Below, piece after piece: positions 21,185 through 29,649 of a DNA stretch of 64,000 nt. A program made the position numbers and the translations under genes. The notes under the pieces were generated by a model that searched no databases, was not told where the DNA came from, and saw only the letters and a program-made list of their open reading frames with translations. The stretch comes from a virus. Its lineage: Duplodnaviria > Caudoviricetes. The stretch spans positions 1 through 64,000 of IMG/VR virus record IMGVR_UViG_3300049192_000016; one strand, 5' to 3'. Numbering within the stretch: the first letter of the stretch is position 1; each line of letters begins with the position of its first letter.

Positions 21185-21367
21185 TTAGCACGAAGAAGCA
21201 TACCAATCCACGTACTCTTCAGTAACATCCTCGTAAAGCTCTCGCACGTTTTCTACAAAATTGAATTCAATTCCATTGTCACGGGCCAATTGTCCTGCAG
21301 AATTCAGAATGTTTTTAGCTTCTTCAATTTGTTGTGCAATAATTTCAACAACTTCTTGCTTGTTCAT
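21185..21367 (-). CDS. Small protein ending DWYASSC (60 aa)
   Basis: RBS AAGGAG, start MNKQEVV. Confidence 0.8.
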   Translation of the reverse strand: MNKQEVVEIIAQQIEEAKNILNSAGQLARDNGIEFNFVENVRELYEDVTEEYVDWYASSC

Positions 21368-21378
21368 ATTAATTCTCC

Positions 21379-21633
21379 TTAGCAGTGATAAGACGAAGAT
21401 TGCCAATTAGGATGCAAGCTGTCAACTTCTTCAACAAACTCTTCCAGTTCGTATCCAAGCTTAACTTGTACGCCAGAAAGTTCCACAACCTCTTTAATTT
21501 CTTTCAAGAGATTTTTAATTGCAGCAGTTTTCTCTGCAACAAGCTTTGAACCTTCTTTCTGGCTAATAGGGGTTACACCAGCTTTCTTCATCAGTTCTTC
21601 GTAGCGTGCTTTAGAGATAGTTACATTAGTCAT
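21379..21633 (-). CDS. Small protein ending NWQSSSYHC (84 aa)
   Basis: ORF track; conserved C-terminus. Confidence 0.8.
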   Translation of the reverse strand: MTNVTISKARYEELMKKAGVTPISQKEGSKLVAEKTAAIKNLLKEIKEVVELSGVQVKLGYELEEFVEEVDSLHPNWQSSSYHC

Positions 21634-22220
21634 TTTTTACCTTTAAAAAGTATTAATTTTGTTGGCTCCTGAAGAGCATTGTATAATCTTGGATCAATTT
21701 CGTTTTTCCAATTTTCTGCCACTTGTTTTACATACTCTATTTTGTTTTCTAAATAGACATCTTGTGCTTTTTCTATTGTTTCATAAGTACCTAGATAGAT
21801 TTGTTCATTATCTATTGTTATGCAAGCCCTAAAGTTGTGTCCGTTTCTGTAAACACCCGTAGGGAGATCAAATTTCCTTTGTGTAGACTGTATTAGATTA
21901 TTAATACATTGAGGGACTAATACACATACCTCGGAAGAATAGTAGTAATTTCCCGGAAATAAAATATCTTTGTCAATGTGATACCCTTTTCCATAACCTA
22001 TCTGTGTGGTGTACCAGTCAGTAAATAATTGAAAATTTTCAAAGTGATTTTCAACCCCTATGTAACTTGTTGCAGACTTTTGTCGAACAGGACCTTGTTT
22101 ACATCTTTGCTGAATGGCTTGCCATACCGAGCCAGATATAGTATTAGTTTTTAAACCATTCAATCTAAAGGATTGAACCCAAAGATTATTTCTTTTAAAG
22201 TCAGGAACAGGCATCAGCAA
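21630..22220 (-). CDS. HNH/AP2-type endonuclease inserted in the W..SS.C array
   Basis: WQAIQQRC, FENFQLFTDW, YHIDKDIL...CVLVPQCINNL, IYLGTYETIEKAQDVY. Confidence 0.85.
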   Translation of the reverse strand: MLMPVPDFKRNNLWVQSFRLNGLKTNTISGSVWQAIQQRCKQGPVRQKSATSYIGVENHFENFQLFTDWYTTQIGYGKGYHIDKDILFPGNYYYSSEVCVLVPQCINNLIQSTQRKFDLPTGVYRNGHNFRACITIDNEQIYLGTYETIEKAQDVYLENKIEYVKQVAENWKNEIDPRLYNALQEPTKLILFKGKK

Positions 22221-22654
22221 CTTGAACTGTGCCAGTTACGAGATTGATATTCCATATCTTCCAGAATACCGAACAGCTTACCCAAAGAAGTTGTAGAGTC
22301 ATACTCATTTTCAACACCAGCTTCTTCTAGCAAATTACTCCACACATCCCCATTGTCACCCCAATCTTCAGAGTAGAGCAAGTAGTATTCTACACCAGAA
22401 ATACCTGCAATCAACTCTACCATACGCAAACTCTCGTCTGCAACTTTCGCCAAACTTTCTACCAAAGCGCTGTCAATTTGGGCATCCTCATCATCACTAT
22501 CTTCTACACTTTTTGCATGAGCAATAATTTCGTGCATTGCTGTTTCTGCTTTAGACTGAAAATCTGCCATATGTTTACTTGCATCTTTCTGTACAGCTTT
22601 TTGAACTTTCTTCAGCTCTTCAATCGTGTAACCACCAATGATAATTTCTTCCAT
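22214..22654 (-). CDS. Protein ending NWHSSSC (146 aa)
   Basis: RBS AAGGAG, start MEEIIIGG. Confidence 0.8.
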   Translation of the reverse strand: MEEIIIGGYTIEELKKVQKAVQKDASKHMADFQSKAETAMHEIIAHAKSVEDSDDEDAQIDSALVESLAKVADESLRMVELIAGISGVEYYLLYSEDWGDNGDVWSNLLEEAGVENEYDSTTSLGKLFGILEDMEYQSRNWHSSSC

Positions 22655-22668
22655 TTTCTTCTCCTTAA

Positions 22669-22887
22669 TTAGCAACTCAAAGACGAAGCATACCAACCGT
22701 CAGACTCTTCTCCGTACTCGTTGGTTTTACCTACGTCATTACCGTTGAAAGTTCCACCCATGCCGTAAGTAGGCTCAAATGTAAAACTCAAACCGTGTTC
22801 TTGTGCAAAGTCACATGCGTCAAACAGAGCTTGCTTGGCTTCTGCCACCAACTCACTCAACTTCTTGCTAGCTTCTTGCTTTTCCAT
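22669..22887 (-). CDS. Small protein ending GWYASSLSC (72 aa)
   Basis: RBS GGAGG; YGMGG motif and conserved C-terminus. Confidence 0.8.
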   Translation of the reverse strand: MEKQEASKKLSELVAEAKQALFDACDFAQEHGLSFTFEPTYGMGGTFNGNDVGKTNEYGEESDGWYASSLSC

Positions 22888-22928
22888 TTTACTTCCTCCG
22901 AATATTAATGAGGAGAAGAGCTGACAGG

Positions 22929-23375
22929 CTACTTCCTTCTATAAAATACCATATTATCAATTTTTACAACTCTCTTCATCTTGTGCTGCCACTCAGGACT
23001 AACACTCGTGTCATGGAAGAAAGTACACTCCCTACACACAGGTTCTAGCATAGACACTTCCCGAAGCATTGTCAAGCCTTCTAGATCAACTTTCTGCACT
23101 TTCTTCATTGTCATATTAGTGAACTGATGTTTCTCTAACACCACTTCACACGCTGTCATCCCTTTCTTGTGCATCCTGTAGAGGATAACATCAAGCACTG
23201 CACGAGATTGTTGCAAATTGTTGAAGGTTGTCTCTTGATGAATTGTTGCCGCTAAACAAGAAAGCTCCCAAGAGAACGCCGAAGGAGCATCCTCTACGAG
23301 AGCTTTTGATGTAAATAAAAGTAAACTGAATAGTGTAGTTTTAAACAGGTGTTTGAACAATATCAACCACTCCAA
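22929..23375 (-). CDS. SleB-like cell wall hydrolase
   Basis: CLAATIHQE (catalytic Glu position), AVLDVILYR, CEVVLEKHQFT, FFH, IDNMVFY. Confidence 0.8.
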   Translation of the reverse strand: MEWLILFKHLFKTTLFSLLLFTSKALVEDAPSAFSWELSCLAATIHQETTFNNLQQSRAVLDVILYRMHKKGMTACEVVLEKHQFTNMTMKKVQKVDLEGLTMLREVSMLEPVCRECTFFHDTSVSPEWQHKMKRVVKIDNMVFYRRK

Positions 23376-24604
23376 CTGTCAGGAATACCAATCTTCAATA
23401 TCTCCAAAGCATTATCATCCGCTGTCACTTGTGCAAAATGGTATTTCACATCCTCTACAGCTTTACCATTCCACTGATGTGTAATTGTTGTGTACATAGC
23501 CATTTCCACTTTGTTTTCAAACCTTTCATGACCTTCCCCGCCCGGAAGCTTTGTTGCAGCTAACATATGTGTAGACACAAACCCTCTAGAATATCCTTGA
23601 TTAAGGATTCCTTCCCAATAATCCAATCCTGCTGTTTCTCCATCCCTGTCTAGAATAGAATGATACATCATGTTCACAAACTCTCTATTTGTCTTGTCCC
23701 CGTACAACAGAGAACCTTCATAAGAATTTATCAACATATCTGAAAATTCAGTCTCATAAACAACAGCAGCAAGATTATTGCTGATATGCCAATTCATCCC
23801 ATCTAAATCAGCAGGACGATTAAAAATTGTTACATACTGCTCTGTCAGTGTTTGTCTAATGGGAGTCCAGTTGAAGTCGTAAATTTCTCCATCTACTCTC
23901 ATTGCTGTAACAACTTGCATAGCCAGCAAGTCTTGATTGCCATACAATGCATTCGATCCGAATTGTGTGTAGCTAATCGTTCCATATCCACCATCACCCC
24001 AATCTGCACCCCAGCTATTACGAATTATATAACTACCTCCATCAATATTGCTGTCCCACCCAATAATATTGACACAATGATTACCAAGCACTATACCATT
24101 CCCATGTCCAATCTGTGTCGATAAACTTCCTGACTCGTTGTACAGGAAATCTCTAACTTTGAAACTTGTAATAACAGACTTCCCCTGCGCTAAATAAGAT
24201 AGTACATTATCTCTGATTTGCTCGGAAGTCTGAAGAGTATTCAAAGACATGAACATATCTACTTTATAATCTTTTGCAAAGTAGTCATACATCCATTGTG
24301 GAGGTTTTGCATATAGATTCTGCTCGGTATAATTCCAAACATATTCGGGGGCAATACCATTGGATTCGGATAAATATAAATTGACAGCCGCAACATTACC
24401 ACTATCAATCGAAGTGGTTCCTAAAGCCTCTCGTCCATCGTAATAAGAAAATAATCTAGAGAGCACAGGGATAGGGTGTCCTGCTTGATTCATCATCTCA
24501 TAAAGAGAAGCTACAATAGATGACGGGACGCATGTCCCCCATGATCCTTGATCTGTTATTGATGATTCATATTTTATATTGTAATACTTAGATGCATATG
24601 TCAT
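23363..24604 (-). CDS. Papain-like (C1A) cysteine protease fused to DUF4214-like domain(s)
   Basis: DQGSWGTC (Gln/Cys), GNHCV (His), IRNSWG (Asn); C-terminal YVTIFNRPADLDGMNWH and FVNMMYHSILDRDGETAGLDYWEGIL. Confidence 0.85.
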   Translation of the reverse strand: MTYASKYYNIKYESSITDQGSWGTCVPSSIVASLYEMMNQAGHPIPVLSRLFSYYDGREALGTTSIDSGNVAAVNLYLSESNGIAPEYVWNYTEQNLYAKPPQWMYDYFAKDYKVDMFMSLNTLQTSEQIRDNVLSYLAQGKSVITSFKVRDFLYNESGSLSTQIGHGNGIVLGNHCVNIIGWDSNIDGGSYIIRNSWGADWGDGGYGTISYTQFGSNALYGNQDLLAMQVVTAMRVDGEIYDFNWTPIRQTLTEQYVTIFNRPADLDGMNWHISNNLAAVVYETEFSDMLINSYEGSLLYGDKTNREFVNMMYHSILDRDGETAGLDYWEGILNQGYSRGFVSTHMLAATKLPGGEGHERFENKVEMAMYTTITHQWNGKAVEDVKYHFAQVTADDNALEILKIGIPDSWSG

Positions 24605-24619
24605 TCAAATTGTCTCCAT

Positions 24620-25427
24620 AAATTTATAGGTTCTTTTTCAGGTTTGTGCCGTTCATATAACTCTTTTGTAAGTTTATCAATTTGTTTGTTGTCCATTTTA
24701 AACTCATCTGTGTCAGAAGGATCTTCCGTGTAACGGCGGTAAGGAGGACGAACACTGTATTTTTCTTCTAAAATCATAATTCATTCCTTTTCATTTTAAT
24801 ATCTCCACAAACTTCACACCGAAGATCATACCAATTTCCACAAGTACCTCCTACACCATTCCCAATAGTTCCTTGTCGGATGATTTTCCATTTATGATTG
24901 TGACCAATAAACAATTTATAAAGTAGTTCGATCATTTCAACTCCTCAATACAAAGTTCTTTAGCAACAATGTCCCAAGCTGTTTGAATCTTGTGAAGCAC
25001 AACTTGTGCAGATGCAGTGGAGCGATGTAAATACATTTCCAGCAGTTTAATTTCAGTGCTGGCGTACTCTAATGCGTCCAACACTTTTTCTAATTGTTCC
25101 TTATCCATTTTTAGTCTCCTCAATCAATTGTTGTTGAATCTTCTGAAAATTAATACTACTAGGATCAAGCATCAAAACAATCTTATTGTTTACCCAATTT
25201 TGAATACGTTCAGGAAGTTGTACAAGCCTCAAACCGTGATCAAAATAAATTGAAAAATCACTATTGTTGAAAGGAATATCAACATTATAGAAACGGTTTC
25301 CGTTCATCTCATATCGTGGTGCAATTGTTTGTCCACATTTCAGAAATAAATGTGTTGAGTCTTTACCCACTGAAATCACTTGTACAACACTTCCTGTAGG
25401 ATAGCCTTTTGGTGTAAATTTACTCAT
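24620..25427 (-). CDS. Run of small hypothetical genes
   Basis: ORFs 24932-25123, 25101-25427 and two shorter coupled ORFs. Confidence 0.6.
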
Positions 25428-25473
25428 AAATTTCCTTTGTCATGTATGTTCCTTCTTGTTTGTTCATGTTCGG

Positions 25474-25543
25474 AGAGTAGCACACGCTTCAAGAAATGTC
25501 AAAGAAAATTGTGCTTGCAAGAGGATGTTGTGTGTGCTAACAT
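25474..25543. promoter_or_regulatory. Back-to-back divergent sigma70 promoters at the strand switch
   Basis: Minus TTGACA-N17-TACTCT (25474-25502); plus TTGCAA-N17-TAACAT (25515-25543). Confidence 0.75.
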
Positions 25544-25606
25544 ATGGGCGTTGTGAACAAATTTTACAGGAGAATGTAGCTTAACAGCTCATCTCCTCAA
25601 ATCTTT

Positions 25607-26041
25607 TTGGAGAATGTGATGAAAGTTAAGTGTCTTAATGCTCATTGTAGTAGCGGTGAATTGGAGGTAGGGAAGATTTACGAAGTTGATTTGTCTATCT
25701 CTCCTGTATCTGATTTTTATCTGAAAAATGTAGGTTGTTGGCGGAAAGATCGTTTTGAAATTGTAGAAGACAATATAGAGCAAAAACCTATCGACAAACA
25801 TTACAACTTCAACTACGATTTGTCTGCTGAAGATCGTAAAAAATCTTCCATCAAAGTTGACCCATATTTCGTCGCTAATGTGTGGAAACTTGGTGAGAAA
25901 GACAACACAGGTGTGTTGTTCCATTGCTTAAAAACTATTGCACGCTTTAGTGAAAAGAATTCCAAAGAACGTGAAATTAAAGCATTGTACAAACAAATCA
26001 AACGTTTGGCTGAATTGGAAAATGTAGATTTGGAATCCTAA
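25607..26041 (+). CDS. Hypothetical protein with DUF3310-like C-terminal part
   Basis: PIDKHY...VDPY...LFHCLKTIAR. Confidence 0.55.
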   Translation: MENVMKVKCLNAHCSSGELEVGKIYEVDLSISPVSDFYLKNVGCWRKDRFEIVEDNIEQKPIDKHYNFNYDLSAEDRKKSSIKVDPYFVANVWKLGEKDNTGVLFHCLKTIARFSEKNSKEREIKALYKQIKRLAELENVDLES

Positions 26042-26424
26042 ACCATTTTCTAAAATCTAATTTCCAAGAATTTATGACAACTTGTGCAAATTTTATAAAA
26101 GTATATAAGGAGAGGGGTGTCTTTCTGTGATTACAGAAAAAGCCTCTCCCAGCATTTGTTGCCATAAAACAAAACAGTTTCTTGATAGACATGTTTTCAT
26201 TATTTCAATTTCTTTTGGGCAATAGTTCCCATTTCCCCATGAAAGTATGGAAATTTTAAATGTTCAGGACAAAAAGACTGACACGGATAGTCTTTGCCAC
26301 CACTTACCACACTACGCCGATTTGTGCTCTTTTGGTGCACGATACGTCAAATAAATTGTTCTTGACGTTGGACAAACAAGAAGCTATATTACGTACATGA
26401 CGGAACAAACAAGAGGGAATTGAG

Positions 26425-28424
26425 ATGAGAAATTTGAAAACTTCCTCCTACGCAATGGGACAGGAAATTTGGACAATTACCGAGAAAAAGCTTGTAGAAA
26501 AAGATGAATACGAGCAAACTATGGAGTTAGACGCTAACGGTTGGCCTTTCTTTCGTGTTACAAAGAAAACTGTTCAAGTGATGGAAGAAGTTGTTAGCCC
26601 GCCATTTATGTTTTGAGGAGGATAAAATGACCAAACGACAACAAGCAATTCAACAGAAAATTGAAGACAAGAAAATCAAAATTAAGTTGTTGAAGAAGGC
26701 TCACAGTAGAATTAAAAACCACTTAAGTTATTATATATGTTTTGCATTGACAGCTTCTGAGGAAAGTATTTTGGAATATTTAGCTTCTAGAAGTTTGAAG
26801 TGTTACATTTTAAAACAGCTTAAAGGTTTTTCTACTTTAGAATCGTGGCAAGATAAAAAAAGAGTTTACAAAAATGAATGGCAAGTCCGCAAAGACCGCT
26901 GCAATTGGATTAAATGGATGATTTCATGTCTGGAAGAGGACATCGTTTCTCTCAACGAGAAACTGTTGAAAGGGAAATTGAAATAATGGATGACACATGG
27001 ACTAAACATTTAGCAGATATTCTGAAACAACGTCAAAACGAAGCTCGTTTGTTTTATCTATGCAAGAAATTCATTCGTGACAACGACATTCATTGTGTTG
27101 AAACTATTTCTCAAACAGATCATGTAATCACAAACGCTTATGATTTTATTGCGGACATTTGTGATATTGTGGGGTTCGCATCTAGTGATGCTTCCTCTGA
27201 CGAGGATTCAGAATGAAATGCCCTGAATGCTCTGCACAAATGTACCATTCCGATGGTTGGGAAGAATATTAGGATGGTGAAGTGGAAGAAGGAGGCTATT
27301 GGGCGCAATGGGACTGCTTAATGTGCCATCACACTGTGCATAATTACGAAGTCAATTATGAAGACCCGGAGGAAGAATAATGATTCGCACTGAAACTGAA
27401 AACACTAGCGATGTACCAGATTGTGGCAGTTTGGTGGTACATGTTCATATCACAGATCATGCAGATACCCGCATTAAAGAACGTTTAGGACTTCCGAAAT
27501 CGGCTAGACAGAAAGCAGCCGAAAAAGCTTATGCTGAAGGTAAGCAACATTCAGAGACTAAAGGTAAGTTGCATCGTTATCTTGATGGGCTTTGGTTGCA
27601 AAAAGGTAATGCAAACAAAATGCGATTATATTCCAACCACGTATGGATGTTCAATGACAACACGTTAATAACTGTGTGGGAAATTCCAAAGAATTTACAA
27701 AAAGGTATAAGATGAAACAGATTGAGAACGAAGTGAACAATATGAACAATTGGAGGAACGACAATTGAAACTAAAGTCAGCCGTAACAACGTATGAAATT
27801 TCTCTTGAAGAATTGAAAGAGCATTTTGCAGAGCAATTGAAAGTGGATAAGAGTAAGATTTATATTGAGGATCGAAAGGTTTCTCAAGGGTATGGTACTA
27901 ATGAATATTCATCGTTTGGTGGATTGAAAATCACGGTACGTGATAACCTGTGAGGGATTTGTAATGTATTGGTCCCACTTTAAATGGGTGTCAAACGAAC
28001 ATGACAGATTTCCCGGCGACAAGCTTATTGAAATGCTTGTAAGTTATGACAGCAATGGTGTTTTCACTATTTGGGAGATGAGGAAATATGACTAAATACA
28101 ACGCAGAAATGGCACAGTTGTTCTCAGAACTCCTTGCTAAAACAGTGGAGCGTTATACAGAATATTGCTATAGTGACAAATCAGAAGACAGCCTTCAGTG
28201 TATTTTAGAAGATGCTTATGAAGATTACTACAAGATTTGGGAGGATTTCACTCGTGACTGAAGAATACGACGAATCATATGAGTATCAAACACTAATGAA
28301 ATTCTACAACGTTTCAACAGAAGTTGAGTTGATAAAAGCTATGGAAAACCACATTGCCAGATTGCAAGAAAAGCTTCGTCCGTTGCATGTGACGTTTACT
28401 CCTCTTCGTTCTAGGATTGGTTGA
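26425..28424 (+). CDS. Run of small hypothetical genes
   Basis: ORFs 26425-26616, 26591-26986, 26914-27216, 27380-27715, 27750-27953, 28212-28424 and shorter coupled ORFs. Confidence 0.65.
27213..27380 (+). pseudogene. Zinc-ribbon protein interrupted by in-frame TAG (27270-27272)
   Basis: ATGA and TAATG coupling at both ends; MKCPEC...EEY*DGEV...WDCLMC. Confidence 0.6.
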
Positions 28425-28804
28425 TGAAACAATATCCAATGTCCATGACAATCAGTAACATGGTTTGGCAGACAGAGCGTGCCAAGGATGCATATAATCA
28501 CTATCAGAAGCTTGCCGAAGCTATGAAGACGGACAACGACAAGATTGCTCGCCTGCGCTCTCACGAATGTATCTCATGCTATTACACAGGAAAGATTGGT
28601 GGTCGTATTGGTGGCTCTGCTATGACACACAAAGCTTGTATGTGCTGCGGACAAGATCAATTGTATAGCTCAACGAACACTGATGCTCTGTGCATGACCT
28701 GTGCTCAAAAGTGTGATTTGTGCAAGCACTGTGGCGGGGACGTACAAATGCGTGTTCGTAGGAAAGAATGGCCGAAGTCTGACGCACAGCAACAAAAGTC
28801 TTGA
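28421..28804 (+). CDS. Cys-rich protein with multiple CxxC motifs
   Basis: CISC, CMCC, CMTC, CDLCKHC. Confidence 0.8.
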   Translation: MMKQYPMSMTISNMVWQTERAKDAYNHYQKLAEAMKTDNDKIARLRSHECISCYYTGKIGGRIGGSAMTHKACMCCGQDQLYSSTNTDALCMTCAQKCDLCKHCGGDVQMRVRRKEWPKSDAQQQKS

Positions 28805-28900
28805 TATCACACTCTCCACAGCTTGTCTGTAGGACTACTCCTATTCTATAAGTAGTCCTCCTCCTTTCTTCCGCAACGCACAAATTCTTTGTGAAATGTG

Positions 28901-28929
28901 TTGACACGCCTGTTCTCCTTGTTTAAGAT
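28901..28929 (+). promoter_or_regulatory. Sigma70-type promoter
   Basis: TTGACA-N17-TAAGAT. Confidence 0.8.
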
Positions 28930-29025
28930 ACACACATGACGACAACACAACGTTGTCAAAAGCTTCCCAAACAACGAAGCTTACATTTAATGTGTTTCCT
29001 AACCAATGAAATCAAGGAGTTTACC

Positions 29026-29559
29026 ATGCAAGCACTGTTGCCACGATTCAACCCTCAAGCTAATAATGCTGTTGTGTTCATCACTGACACGGAAGACAAG
29101 GGGCCTAAGAAAGAACTGCAAGCTTGGTTCCCTAACGGCGATGGTATCCGCGTTGTGCCTATCGAATTCTATAAGTCCACGCTGCAATTGAATGAAGAAG
29201 AAACCAAGCAAGTTGTGGACGACTACGCTAAACACAACAATGCTGTCGCGTATTGCATTCGACATCGTTTACCCTACAGCAAGAGCAAAAACATTCCTCA
29301 GCGCTTGCAGGAACAAGCGGCAAATGAAGCACAGCATAAGCCTGTAGAGCAAGTGCGTCAAGAAACACAAGTGGTTGAGAACATCAACGTTAAACCTCTG
29401 TCTGCACGTCAGAAAGCAGCACGTCAGCGCTATCAAGAGGATTTGGTGAAAAGTTCGATGAAAGACGTTAAATCCGCCTCTCCAGAAGACAAGAAGCGAG
29501 CAGCAGAAGAACTGGCAGCGAAGATTGCACAGATGTTGCTGACGACACTTGAAGATTGA
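29026..29559 (+). CDS. Hypothetical protein (177 aa, start MQALLPRF), own transcription unit
   Basis: RBS AAGGAG; flanked by promoter and terminator. Confidence 0.8.
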   Translation: MQALLPRFNPQANNAVVFITDTEDKGPKKELQAWFPNGDGIRVVPIEFYKSTLQLNEEETKQVVDDYAKHNNAVAYCIRHRLPYSKSKNIPQRLQEQAANEAQHKPVEQVRQETQVVENINVKPLSARQKAARQRYQEDLVKSSMKDVKSASPEDKKRAAEELAAKIAQMLLTTLED

Positions 29560-29579
29560 TTCTATGAGACACAACACAG

Positions 29580-29602
29580 AGCCTCCTTCGGGAGGCTTTT
29601 TG
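29580..29602 (+). terminator. Intrinsic terminator
   Basis: AGCCTCC-TTCG-GGAGGCT-TTTT. Confidence 0.9.
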
Positions 29603-29620
29603 CTTTGGAGAAGAATTTTC

Positions 29621-29649
29621 TTGCATATTAGAGCAAGCTAGCTTACAAT
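29621..29649 (+). promoter_or_regulatory. Sigma70-type promoter
   Basis: TTGCAT-N17-TACAAT. Confidence 0.65.

Noticed and set aside
26117-26430. Frame with several stops that would read as a Trp-rich protein
   Set aside because: Six stops of three kinds and no homology evidence; such readings arise easily by chance.
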